Shown piece after piece: positions 39,521-48,525 of a stretch of 64,000 nt of DNA (the first letter of the stretch is position 1; every line of letters starts with the position of its first letter). A model generated the notes under the pieces. It did no database searches. It was given only the letters and a program-made list of their open reading frames with translations, and was not told the DNA's origin. Where the stretch lies: the NCBI GenBank assembly GCA_024655945.1, contig JANLFK010000004.1:545-64544 (forward strand). The letters are read 5' to 3'. A program made the translations under genes and the position numbers. This stretch comes from Candidatus Zhuqueibacterota bacterium. Its GTDB lineage: Bacteria > Zhuqueibacterota > Zhuqueibacteria > JANLFK01 > Oleimicrobiaceae.

Positions 39521-40463
39521 TCCCCGCCAGGAGTTTGAGCTCCTCGCTGAGGCGTACGACAAGAGCGGGGGGCAACTCGATGCCCTGAGGGATGCCCAGG
39601 TCGGCAGCCTGGTGGTCAGCCTGCACAAGATTCTTGCCAAAAATGAGATACCAGGCTTGCTCATTGAGGGCGAAGAAACCCCCACCGGCGTCCGAGCCAG
39701 GATCACGGTCAAGCAGGGCACCGTGATCGAACGTCCTGTGCACCTCTGTTTCGGGGTGCTGCCCAAAGAGGGTGTGCAGGAGATCGTGGGCGAATTCGCC
39801 ATCGAAGACCAGGCAAAGGCCACCTTCGTGGCGCACTGCTCCTTTCCGAACGCCGTAAAGGTCAGGCACCTCATGCAAGGCACCGTCCGGGTGGGCAAGG
39901 GGGCCTTGATGACCTACAACGAAACCCACTTTCACGGTGACCGGGGGGGCGTCGAGGTGCTGCCCGTGATGCGCGTCGAGGTTGCGGAGGGTGGTGAATT
40001 TCGCAGCGAGTTCAAACTCACCCAAGGGAGGGCCGGCCGGGTGGAGATCGACTATGAGGTGCGGGTTGGCACCCACGGCCTCTGTGAGCTCTATGCCAAG
40101 GTTTATGGGAAGCAGGCCGACCGCATTCGCGTGAAAGAATCGATCTATCTGGACGGGGCAGGTGCCCGCGGGCTGGCCAAGAGCCGCATCGTGGTCAGCG
40201 ATCGTGCAGAGAGCGAAGTGGTAGGCGAGATCGTGGGTAACGCACCCTTGTCGCGGGGGCACGTCGACTGCGTGGAGATCATTCAGGGCAAACAGGTGCG
40301 TGCCAGCGCCGTGCCCATGCTCCGCGTGGTCGACGAGACGGCCAAGCTGACCCACGAGGCCGCCATAGGCAGCGTGGACAAGAAGCAGGTGGAGACGCTG
40401 ATGGCACGCGGGCTGACCGAGAACGAGGCCGTAGACGTGGTCGTCCAAGGCTTGCTGCGATAG
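39513..40463 (+). CDS. sufB: SufB/SufD-family Fe-S cluster assembly scaffold (short SufBD type of minimal SufBC systems)
   Basis: 316 aa, beta-helix region with conserved FVAHCSF...HGDRGGVEV...SRGHVDCVEII motifs; start overlaps sufC end by 8 nt. Confidence 0.75.
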   Translation: MIDPRQEFELLAEAYDKSGGQLDALRDAQVGSLVVSLHKILAKNEIPGLLIEGEETPTGVRARITVKQGTVIERPVHLCFGVLPKEGVQEIVGEFAIEDQAKATFVAHCSFPNAVKVRHLMQGTVRVGKGALMTYNETHFHGDRGGVEVLPVMRVEVAEGGEFRSEFKLTQGRAGRVEIDYEVRVGTHGLCELYAKVYGKQADRIRVKESIYLDGAGARGLAKSRIVVSDRAESEVVGEIVGNAPLSRGHVDCVEIIQGKQVRASAVPMLRVVDETAKLTHEAAIGSVDKKQVETLMARGLTENEAVDVVVQGLLR

Positions 40464-40652
40464 CACGCTGCCGTTCTTCTTTCCGGGAACTTGCAGCCAT
40501 GGGGGGTGCAGTTGTCAGCCACGTGCGCGGCTGAGAGAGTCGAGCCAAGAACGATTGACCCTGAGGTGATGCCAGAGTTTTTGCGCGGGTCGTCACAGTC
40601 TGTCCAGCGATGCTGCGAAACCAATGGATAGGACGCGAAAGGGAAGGAAACG

Positions 40653-41084
40653 ATGTCGCCAGAAGAGGTCCTGAGGACAAGAAAGGTTTATGCTCTGATG
40701 GGGGCTTCGCAGGACATTCTCAAGTATAGCTACGAGCTGTTTCACACCCTTCTCCAGGCCGGTTACAAGGTCTACCCAGTCAATCCCAGGTACCAGGCGA
40801 TTGATGGGCGACGGTGCTATGGCTCCCTGGCAGAGTTACCAGAGAAGCCAGAAGTGGTCATTGCGGCGCTGGCGCCAGCAAATACGGAAAGGGCGTTGGA
40901 GCAGGCGGTGGCTCTGGGGATAGAACTCGTGTGGATCCCCCCGGGCTCATCGTCGGATCAAGTGCTGCAAAAGGCTCGCACGCTGGGCTTGACTGTGCTT
41001 CATGGCGTGTGTCCTGTGGGTACGCTCAGACGGATGACACGCGAGGGCGGGGAGGATATTTCAGGGCCAGCTCGTCCGCAATAG
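40653..41084 (+). CDS. CoA-binding domain protein (YccU-like)
   Basis: Rossmann-like VYALMGASQD...YKVYPVNP pattern of CoA_binding_2 family. Confidence 0.6.
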   Translation: MSPEEVLRTRKVYALMGASQDILKYSYELFHTLLQAGYKVYPVNPRYQAIDGRRCYGSLAELPEKPEVVIAALAPANTERALEQAVALGIELVWIPPGSSSDQVLQKARTLGLTVLHGVCPVGTLRRMTREGGEDISGPARPQ

Positions 41085-41143
41085 GAGCTGGGCGCCGTGG
41101 CGCGATGGGCTTGCGGCACTGACGCTATCGTGAGGAGTGGAAC

Positions 41144-41557
41144 ATGCATGAATGGGCTTTGGCAGAGGGGGTGGTGGCAACGGCGATCAAAGTAGCTGAG
41201 AGGGAGGGGCTGAGAGAGATCACCGAGATCAGGGTCAAGATTGGGGAATTGCAGCAGACGGACATGGAGGTCTTTGAGTTCGCACTCAAGGAAATTGTCC
41301 GTCTGCAGAGCGCTTTGCTCAGGCGGGCGCGCTTTCTCTTCGAGCATGAGCCGGCTGTGCTCAAGTGCCGGGTGTGCGGCACGGAGTGGGCGTTCAAAGA
41401 CGCGCTGAAGAAGCTGGACGAGGAACAGTCCGAGTCCATCCACTTCTTGCCAGAGACTGCTCACGTCTATGTGAGGTGCCCGAACTGCCATAGCCCGGAT
41501 TTCGAGGTCACCAAGGGACGCGGCGTGTGGCTGGAATCGATCAGCGGAGAGAAGTGA
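41144..41557 (+). CDS. hypA: HypA-like Ni/Zn metallochaperone
   Basis: Starts MHEW (HypA Ni-binding MHE N-terminus), two CxxC pairs CRVC...CPNC forming the Zn site, 137 aa. Confidence 0.7.
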   Translation: MHEWALAEGVVATAIKVAEREGLREITEIRVKIGELQQTDMEVFEFALKEIVRLQSALLRRARFLFEHEPAVLKCRVCGTEWAFKDALKKLDEEQSESIHFLPETAHVYVRCPNCHSPDFEVTKGRGVWLESISGEK

Positions 41558-41563
41558 GGCACT

Positions 41564-42313
41564 ATGGACCCGAGGCTTAGCATCATCGAAGAAAGGCTGA
41601 AGGACGTCAAGAGGGTCATCGCGGTCGCAGGGGGCAAGGGGGGGATTGGCAAGAGCTCGGTTTCTGCCACCCTTGCCATAGTGCTGGCACGTGCCGGACA
41701 CCGGGTGGGCCTGCTTGACCTGGATATCTGCGGGCCTTCTACCCACGTGATCTTGGGGATCAAGGGCGTCTATCCCACCGAGGACAAGGGAATTGTCCCG
41801 CCGCTCGTTCACGGCATCAGGTTCATGTCGATCATCTACTACGCCGGCGACAATCCCTCACCCATCAGGGGGGCCGACATCTCCAATCTCATCATCGAAC
41901 TGCTCACCATCACCCGCTGGGGCTCGTTGGACTTTCTGGTCATCGACATGCCCCCGGGCATCGGCGACCCCACGCTGGATGTCATCCGCTTCATGAAACG
42001 GGTGGAGTTTCTGGTGGTAACCACCCCATCGAAGGTCGCCATAGAAACGGTGAGGAAGCTGGTCAAAATGCTCGCCGAGTTAGGCATTCCCATTACCGGC
42101 CTGGTGGAGAACATGAAGATGCCGTCCTCTCTGGGGATTGGGCAGTCGTTGGAGCCGCTCGGCGTGCCCCTCCTCGGTGGAATAGCCTTCGATGAGGGTC
42201 TGGAGCAGGCAGTAGGAGACGTGGAGAAACTGGCGGAGAGTTGCTTTGCGCAAGAACTGACGGCCGCTTTGCGGCGCATAATCGACGAGAGAGGAGGAGA
42301 GAGCCATGTGTAG
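41564..42313 (+). CDS. Mrp/MinD-family P-loop ATPase lacking the CxxC Fe-S motif (candidate ATPase-type HypB / metallocentre delivery ATPase)
   Basis: Deviant Walker A GGKGGIGKSS, LLDLDICGPS; no Cys pair after ENM as in ApbC; immediately downstream of hypA. Confidence 0.65.
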   Translation: MDPRLSIIEERLKDVKRVIAVAGGKGGIGKSSVSATLAIVLARAGHRVGLLDLDICGPSTHVILGIKGVYPTEDKGIVPPLVHGIRFMSIIYYAGDNPSPIRGADISNLIIELLTITRWGSLDFLVIDMPPGIGDPTLDVIRFMKRVEFLVVTTPSKVAIETVRKLVKMLAELGIPITGLVENMKMPSSLGIGQSLEPLGVPLLGGIAFDEGLEQAVGDVEKLAESCFAQELTAALRRIIDERGGESHV

Positions 42314-42497
42314 ACCTTTCGGACCTCACTTTCACGGCGGGCACCCGATGATGGGGTGCTGCTGCGGGCCATGGGGCTGGCATAGGCCCAGCAAAGAGGA
42401 ACAGCTCGAGTGGCTAAAGTCCTACAAGGAGGAACTGGAAAGAGAGCTGTCTGAGCTGGAAAGAAGAATGGCACAGATGAGGGAAGAGAAGGAGTGA
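42306..42497 (+). CDS. small Cys/His/Trp-rich N-terminus plus coiled-coil C-terminus protein (63 aa), DUF5320-like
   Basis: MCRPFGPHFHGGHPMMGCCCGPWGWHRPSKEEQLEWLKSYKEELERELSELERRMAQMREEKE; RBS ggaggagagagcc; start overlaps the stop of the upstream ATPase by 8 nt (ATGTGTAG). Confidence 0.6.
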   Translation: MCRPFGPHFHGGHPMMGCCCGPWGWHRPSKEEQLEWLKSYKEELERELSELERRMAQMREEKE

Positions 42498-42599
42498 AGC
42501 CGGAGTGAGTTTCCTCGGAGAAGGACAAGAGTGAGCAACCAGGGCGAGCAAGCTGACGCGGAAGGTGAACCTTCAAGATCAAGAAAGGAGGTGCGCACC

Positions 42600-44057
42600 A
42601 TGGCTTGGCGAAAGCTTGATGCCGTATGGACCAAGTGCCTGGTCGGATTCTTGGACGCGGGTGTCAAGAGCCCCGCATTGCGGCAAATGGCCTTGAGGAA
42701 GGCTGAGCAAAGCCTGTACCACCACTTTGTGATTCTCAATCCAGGCAACTCACCGCGGCGCTGTCAAGAGGACAAGTTTCAGCTCGTGAGCAATATGTTC
42801 GGCGCCATCGACCGGGCGCTCACGAGTGGCCGCATCTCACGACCGGTGCGCCACGCACTATTAAGAATCCTGGTCGGCAAGGTGCTGATGGGCGAGAAAA
42901 CTCGACATGCCCTCTTTGTGGAGAAGTACGGCTTTGCCCCACCCGGCTTTGTCACCATCAGCCCGGCAAAGCAGTGTAATCTCTATTGCGAGGGGTGTTA
43001 TGCCGGTAGTACCACCGCCAAAGTGAACCTCGACTATGACATCGTCAACCGCGTCGTGAATGAGACGCGCCAGAGCTGGGGCTCGCACTTTGTGGTCATC
43101 TCCGGTGGCGAGCCGCTGATGTGGCATAGCCGGGGCAAGGGCATCATGGACCTCCTTGAGGAAAACCCAGACACTTACTTCATGATGTACACTAACGCGA
43201 CGCTCATCGATGAGAAAATGGCCGCTCGCATGGCGCAGACCGGCAACGTCACCCCGGCCATTTCCGTGGAAGGATTCGAAGCAGAGACCGACCGGCGGCG
43301 CGGGAAGGGCGTATTCGGCCGCATTCTCAACGCAATGGAAAATCTGCGGGAGGCCAGAGTGCCCTTCGGTATATCGGCCACAGCCACCAGGGAAAACGCC
43401 GAACTGCTGGTGAGCGACCGTTTCGTGGACTTTTACTTCGAGGAGCAAGGGGCCATTTACGGCTGGATTTTTCAGTATATGCCTATCGGCCGCAGTTACA
43501 CCCTGGAGCGCATGATTACCCCGGAGCAGCGTCTCATGATGTACCAGCGAGAGCAGGCTCTGGTCTATGAGCGCAAACTCTTCCTGGCGGATTTCTGGAA
43601 CAGCGGCCCGGTGGCCAACGGCTGCATTGCTGCAGCGCGCCCAGGCGGGTACTTGTACATCGATTGGAACGGCAAGGTCTCTCCCTGCGTCTTTTTCCCT
43701 TACTCCACGCATAACATCGTCGAGGTCTATGAGGCCGGAGGCGACTTGAATACGGTCATTACCTCGCCCTTTTTTGAGGCCATTCGCAAGTGGCAGCGGG
43801 GCTACGGCTACGGTCAACCGCCCGAGCGGGTGCAGAATGAGATCACGCCCTGCGCCATTCGCGACCACTACCGAGTGGCACGCGGCGTGGTGAAGCGCTT
43901 TGCCGCCAAGCCCATTGACGAGGATGCGGCCGAGGCGATACGGGACGAGCGATATTTTCAAGAACTGGTGGCTTATGGGGAGAAAGTGAACGAGCTCACA
44001 AGCCCCATCTGGGAGGCAGAATATGTGGGGCCTGAGCGGCGGCGTGTCGCCGCCTGA
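42600..44057 (+). CDS. radical SAM enzyme with C-terminal SPASM/twitch-like Cys-rich domain
   Basis: CxxxCxxC motif AKQCNLYCEGCY, SGGEPLM, C-terminal extra Cys (GCIAAARPGGYLYIDWNGKVSPCVFFP ... ITPCAIRD). Start set at ATG 42600 with RBS aaggaggtg; the ORF finder start is GTG 42531. Confidence 0.75.
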   Translation: MAWRKLDAVWTKCLVGFLDAGVKSPALRQMALRKAEQSLYHHFVILNPGNSPRRCQEDKFQLVSNMFGAIDRALTSGRISRPVRHALLRILVGKVLMGEKTRHALFVEKYGFAPPGFVTISPAKQCNLYCEGCYAGSTTAKVNLDYDIVNRVVNETRQSWGSHFVVISGGEPLMWHSRGKGIMDLLEENPDTYFMMYTNATLIDEKMAARMAQTGNVTPAISVEGFEAETDRRRGKGVFGRILNAMENLREARVPFGISATATRENAELLVSDRFVDFYFEEQGAIYGWIFQYMPIGRSYTLERMITPEQRLMMYQREQALVYERKLFLADFWNSGPVANGCIAAARPGGYLYIDWNGKVSPCVFFPYSTHNIVEVYEAGGDLNTVITSPFFEAIRKWQRGYGYGQPPERVQNEITPCAIRDHYRVARGVVKRFAAKPIDEDAAEAIRDERYFQELVAYGEKVNELTSPIWEAEYVGPERRRVAA

Positions 44058-44258
44058 GGCCTGTGTGCACAACAGGGAGTTTCGACGGCGAGACCACGAT
44101 GTGGTATCGGTGGGCAGGAGCGCGCGTCTGGGCTGACGATTTTTGGTACAGGCGTGAGAGCGGGCTTGCAGGCGTGGCGAGTCCGAATGGCGGACAAAAT
44201 GTTTGCTTCCCGGAGCTGGACAGCTTGGCGCTGTGGCGAGATTCGGACGGGAACAAGG

Positions 44259-44447
44259 GTGCGAAGGCCTTTCGAGCCTCCCTTTCCCGGTGGCCATCCG
44301 ATAATGGGGTGGTGCTGCGGCCCACGAGGCTAGCATAGCCCCAGCAAAGAGGAAGAACGGGAGTGGTTAGAGTCCTACAAGGAGGAGACGGAGAGCGAGC
44401 TGTCTGAGCTCGAACCAAGAATGGCAAAGGAGGAGAGAAGAAGTTAG
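44259..44447 (+). pseudogene. degenerate paralog of the 42306 small protein, interrupted by an in-frame TAG at 44331-44333 where the intact copy has TGG (Trp)
   Basis: Nucleotide-level similarity to 42306..42497 over ~190 nt (…CATCCGATAATGGGGTGGTGCTGCGGCCCACGAGGCTAGCATAGCCCCAGCAAAGAGGAAG…); upstream 150 nt also resembles the 3-prime end of the ATPase gene, indicating a segmental duplication; no ATG at the homologous start. Confidence 0.55.
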
Positions 44448-44630
44448 GGTCATGACTCGCCTGGAGAACGTGGAAGGTGGGGAGTCACAGCGAGAGGGCT
44501 ACGCGGAGGAGCTGGCTGTCAGTCCGTTGACCCCCGAGGGCAGCCGCGCCTAGTATCTGGACTTAAAGCGGGGGCCGCAGACAGGTGCCCCGCTCGCGTA
44601 GTGTGTCCAACAAGATAGGGGGAGGTGGAA

Positions 44631-45281
44631 ATGGCAAGGAAAGAAGTCTGCTGAGAACTTTCGGCCCTGTTACGGCCGAAAACCTATCCCTTTGGGGTCA
44701 AGTTTTCTGATAACACCAGTGAACGTCCTCAAGGAACCATGCGGCCGAGACATCCGATGAATACCTGCCAGATTACAGCCATTGTGCGGTACTACGCCCG
44801 ACCGATGTATTCTACGGCAGAAGATATGGCCTGCATTGTGGGTGGGGTTACTCTGGGGCTGATTCCTGAGACGGAAAACATGAAGAACGGGGAAATTGCC
44901 AAAATGCTGCATGCGGACCTGGAATCGGCGCGGGAATTCACCAGCAGAGTAGCCAAAATTCCTTACGGGAAGTTTAGGGCGGTGGCGGTGGCACCTATGT
45001 CAAAGTTGAACTTTGAACCGGATATTGTCGTCACGTATGGCAATACCGCGCAGGTGATGCGGGTCATCCAGGGCTATCTCTACAAACGTGGCGGTCGGGT
45101 TGCATTTTCCACTGGGGGGAGTGGAGCCTGTGTGCCGATAGTATCGCGCAGGCTTATGTCGATGATGATATTGCCTTGGGTCTGCCGTGTTTCGGCGACC
45201 GCAAAACCGCACTGGCCCACGAAGATGAGGTCACCGTCGCTTTCCCCTATCACTTGTACGAGGAGATACTGGACGGGATGA
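44631..45281 (+). CDS. DUF169-family protein (COG2043) with an in-frame TGA at codon 8 (44652-44654) and a frameshift near 45130-45180
   Basis: RBS ggaggtgg + ATG 44631; N-terminus M-A-R-K-E-V-C-stop-ELSALLRPKTYPFGVKF...RPRHPMNTCQ matches the DUF169 N-terminal pattern (..PVAIKF...RFCQ); C-terminal part continues in frame 2 (PYHLYEEILDGMKATAE) after a gggggg run. Confidence 0.55.
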
Positions 45282-45365
45282 AGGCCACCGCCGAGGTGGC
45301 TGCCGGTTTGCGCCAAAGAAGCCGAGAATCTAGACATTATCCTGGCCTGCGATGGGGCGGCCAGT

Positions 45366-45677
45366 GTGGGCCAGGTGGGGCACGCGGTGGCCGTTGAACT
45401 AACCAATTCCAAGGAAGCGGCTCGTATGTGCTGCATCACGGCCGTAGCCGCCGAGTCGAAGGCACACGTTGATGTCGCCAGGCGGGCCAGGAAGCTCGTC
45501 GTCATCAACGGCTGCGCCAATCGCTGTGCCAGCAAGGTGCTGGAGAGGCTGGACATCCCTTACGATTACGAGACGGTCATTGCCAAGGAGGGAGTAAGCA
45601 AGGTGCCGACCCTTGACTTCGACAAGAAGGACGTGCAACGCATTGCGGAGAAGATCGCCAAGGAGGCGCTCGGCTAA
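45366..45677 (+). CDS. DGC-domain (putative zinc-binding) protein; real N-terminus probably lies upstream near 45285-45300 (ILACDGAASVGQ) without an obvious canonical start
   Basis: VVINGCANRCASKVL and upstream ILACDGAA match the DGC-domain pattern; frame is open back to the DUF169 stop. Confidence 0.5.
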   Translation: MGQVGHAVAVELTNSKEAARMCCITAVAAESKAHVDVARRARKLVVINGCANRCASKVLERLDIPYDYETVIAKEGVSKVPTLDFDKKDVQRIAEKIAKEALG

Positions 45678-45772
45678 CGGGCTGTGGGAAAGCGGTCTTG
45701 TTCGAGGAAGCACTGGGGACACGATGTGGCTTCAAGATTCCTTATGGGAGTAAAGAGAAGGAGAAGAACAGA

Positions 45773-46177
45773 ATGAAAATCGCCGCCGTCTCTGAAGATG
45801 GCGTGACCATCAGCCAGCACTTTGGTCGGGCGCCGTTCTACGTGGTTGTTACCGTGGAGAACGGCCAGATCGTGGGCCGGGAGACACGCGACAAGATGGG
45901 TCATGCCCAATTTGCCAGAGAGCCACATACGCGAGGGGCCCATGGGAGCGACTCGCACGGCCACGGCTTTGACGCGGCCGCTCAGAGCCGTCACGCCCGC
46001 ATGGCCGCCGCCATTGCCGATTGCGACATCCTGCTGGCGCGCGGCGTGGGCGCCGGCGCCTACGAGAACATGAAGCAGGCCGGCGTTCGCCCCATTGTCA
46101 CCGACATTGCAAAAATCGAAGCGGCCGCCCTTGCCGCCCGCGGCGAGTTGATCGACCACGCAGAGCGCCTGCATTGA
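45773..46177 (+). CDS. NifX/NafY-like dinitrogenase iron-molybdenum cofactor-binding family protein
   Basis: MKIAAVSEDGVTISQHFGRAPFYVV...CDILLARGVGAGA pattern of PF02579; RBS aaggagaag. Confidence 0.7.
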   Translation: MKIAAVSEDGVTISQHFGRAPFYVVVTVENGQIVGRETRDKMGHAQFAREPHTRGAHGSDSHGHGFDAAAQSRHARMAAAIADCDILLARGVGAGAYENMKQAGVRPIVTDIAKIEAAALAARGELIDHAERLH

Positions 46178-46467
46178 GCGGCAAGCCCAGCATCAAAGTC
46201 CTCGGCGCGAACTGCGGCGCCTGCCGCGCGGTGAGCATAGGCTCGATGGTATAAACGAAACAAGATTTGTTCTTGAGGCTACCCCGGGCGGGCTGCATCC
46301 CGTGTGCATTGGCATTGCCGCTGTGAAGGCTACGGCCGGCTCCATTGTTGGCTCGAAACTAAGGGAGACGAAGCTGCCGAGCGGGCAGCTCAAGAGGGCC
46401 ATCGGCGTTTTGCGGTGGCTGATCGTCGCCAAGATGATTTTCGATTTGCTGAAACAAGAGGTGCAAA

Positions 46468-47029
46468 GTGCTCAAGGCATTGCAGAAAACCGCAAAGGTG
46501 GTCGAAGGCAACCTGGTGGTGTTCGTGTTGCTCGCCATCGTGGCAGGCGTGGCCTTCGGCTGGAAGTTCCCGGCTGCGGCCAAGGGACTCAAATCGTACA
46601 CCACGCTGACCCTCTTCATCATGCTCTACCCGATGATGATCGGCCTGCGCATCGAAGAGGTGGGCAAGGCAGTGATGAACCTGAAACTGATCAGCCTGTT
46701 CATGCTGTTGAACTTTCTTCTCGCCTCTGCTGGCGGCGGGACTGGCGTATCTGTTCCTGCATAGCCGCCCCGATTTCGCCGTCGGCCTGATCCTGACCGG
46801 CACCGTTCCCTGCGCGGACATGGTTGCCGGTTGGACGGGCTACGCCAAAGGCAACGTGGCGCTGGCGCTGGCGACCATCTTCTTCGGCCCGCTGACGGTG
46901 CTGGTGCTGGCGCTCAAGCCGGTCATCCAGATCACCTTCATGGCCACCTTCCTGCGGATTTCAGGCCGGCTGACGAAGTGGTTTGCCCCCACGCCGCAGC
47001 TGCATAAAATGGCGGTGGAAGCGAAGTAA
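46468..47029 (+). pseudogene. truncated, frameshifted membrane permease remnant (DUF318/ArsP-like or BASS-like: LTGTVPCADMVAGWTGYAKGNVALALA)
   Basis: N-part ORF 46468..46764 and C-part 46820..47029 join only via a frameshift near 46735; total ~185 aa, too short for the family. Confidence 0.4.
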
Positions 47030-47074
47030 TCCCTCGCGGTCTGGAAAAATCACAAAATTGCGAAAGGAGATGCA

Positions 47075-47422
47075 ATGAAATCTGAAACCCCAAACGAAAT
47101 CGGCGAAAGCCTGACTGCCTTTGCAGAAGAATTCGGCAAGGTGTTGGACCCGGTCGCTTTCTTGCAAGAGCGGAACCCGGCGCTGTGCGCTGCTTTCCTG
47201 CGCCTGCACGAGCTGACGCTGAACGATGGCGCGGTCTCGAAGAAACACAAGTTCCTGATCCACGCCGCGATCACTGCGGCCCAGCACGATCGTGAGGCGA
47301 CCGTCATGCATATCACCGGCGCGCAGGAGTTGCTGGAGACGGCCTTTACCATCATCCCGGTGGCCGGGATGCCGGCTTTTGCCGTTTTCCTGAGCGCCTG
47401 GAAACAGGCACGGCAAAGTTAA
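47075..47422 (+). CDS. carboxymuconolactone decarboxylase (AhpD-like) family protein
   Basis: PALCAAFLRLHELTL...KHKFLIHAAITAAQHDREATVMHI core CMD motif. Confidence 0.65.
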   Translation: MKSETPNEIGESLTAFAEEFGKVLDPVAFLQERNPALCAAFLRLHELTLNDGAVSKKHKFLIHAAITAAQHDREATVMHITGAQELLETAFTIIPVAGMPAFAVFLSAWKQARQS

Positions 47423-47435
47423 GGAGAAAACGCAG

Positions 47436-48509
47436 GTGACTACAGAAAAGCAGATCATAGAAGCATTGGCCGGGGTCCTGGACCCCGAATTGCACCGCAG
47501 CCTGGTGGAGCTGGGCATGGTGCGCGACGTACGCGTGCAGGCCGACGAGGTGTCCTTCACCCTGGCGTTGACCGTTCCCGAATGTCCGCTGAAAGACCAG
47601 ATCGTGGCCGAAGCCAGGGCGGCCGTGCTGGCCCTGGACGGCGTCCAGGAGGTGCAAATTGACCTGACCGAGATGGCCCCCGAGGAAAAGCAAACGATCG
47701 GCCTCGGAGGAGCAGGGCAGGCGGGTACGGCGGAACGGTTCAACCACATCCGGCATGTCGTGGCGGTGGTGAGCGGCAAGGGCGGCGTCGGCAAGTCGTT
47801 CGTCAGCGCGCTGCTGGCCGTGGCCCTTCGGCGAGACGGCCAGACGGTCGGCGTGCTGGACGCCGACGTCACCGGTCCCAGCATCCCCAAGATGTTCGGG
47901 CTTCACGGCGCGCCGCCGATGAGCCCCCTCGGCATCCTGCCCGCCCAGACCCAGACCGGCATCAAGGTCATGTCCATCAACCTGCTCCTGCCCAGCGAGG
48001 ACGAGGCTGTCATCTGGCGCGGACCGCTCATCAGTTCCGCCATCAAGCAGTTCTGGGGCGAGGTCGTCTGGGGCAACCTGGACTGGCTGGTGGTAGACCT
48101 GCCGCCCGGCACCTCCGACGCCGCGCTGACGGTGATGCAATCGTTGCCGCTCTCCGGGGTGTTGTTGGTCAGTTCGCCCCAGGACCTGGCCGAGATGGTG
48201 GTGCGCAAGGCGGCCCGCATGGCGCGGACGATGCAGGTTCCTCTACTGGGGTTGGTTGAGAACATGAGCTACTTCGTCTGTCCGGAGGGCGGCCGACGAT
48301 ACGAGGTCTTCGGCCCCAGCCACGGCGAGGAGATGGCCCGTCGGCTGGGAGTGCCCTTCCTGGGCCGGCTGCCCCTGGACCCGCGTATTGCCGCGTTGTG
48401 CGATGCGGGAAAGGCCGAGGAATATCCGGCAGAGGCATTTGCCCCAATCGCTCACCAGCTACAGGAGGCAGCGACTGAACCCCGCCGGTCCCCCATGCAA
48501 CCGAAGTGA
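47436..48509 (+). CDS. apbC: iron-sulfur cluster carrier protein ApbC/Mrp with N-terminal DUF59 (MIP18) domain
   Basis: Walker A SGKGGVGKSF, LDADVTGPS, Fe-S ligands ENMSYFVCPEGG, N-terminal DUF59 (ALAGVLDPEL). Confidence 0.8.
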   Translation: MTTEKQIIEALAGVLDPELHRSLVELGMVRDVRVQADEVSFTLALTVPECPLKDQIVAEARAAVLALDGVQEVQIDLTEMAPEEKQTIGLGGAGQAGTAERFNHIRHVVAVVSGKGGVGKSFVSALLAVALRRDGQTVGVLDADVTGPSIPKMFGLHGAPPMSPLGILPAQTQTGIKVMSINLLLPSEDEAVIWRGPLISSAIKQFWGEVVWGNLDWLVVDLPPGTSDAALTVMQSLPLSGVLLVSSPQDLAEMVVRKAARMARTMQVPLLGLVENMSYFVCPEGGRRYEVFGPSHGEEMARRLGVPFLGRLPLDPRIAALCDAGKAEEYPAEAFAPIAHQLQEAATEPRRSPMQPK

Positions 48510-48525
48510 TCGAGAGGTGGGCAAA

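Noticed and set aside
42861-44336. 491-aa minus-strand ORF
   Set aside because: Antisense to the radical SAM gene, which carries the CxxxCxxC motif and a strong RBS.
44063-44338. ORF MCTTGSFDG... (91 aa) which superficially resembles the HypB N-terminal MCTTCGCG nickel site
   Set aside because: Wrong frame relative to the nucleotide-level homology with the 42306 peptide gene; it has no RBS, and the resemblance is a 4-residue coincidence.
47352-48140. 262-aa minus-strand ORF
   Set aside because: Antisense to apbC, which carries the Walker A motif and CxxC Fe-S ligands.
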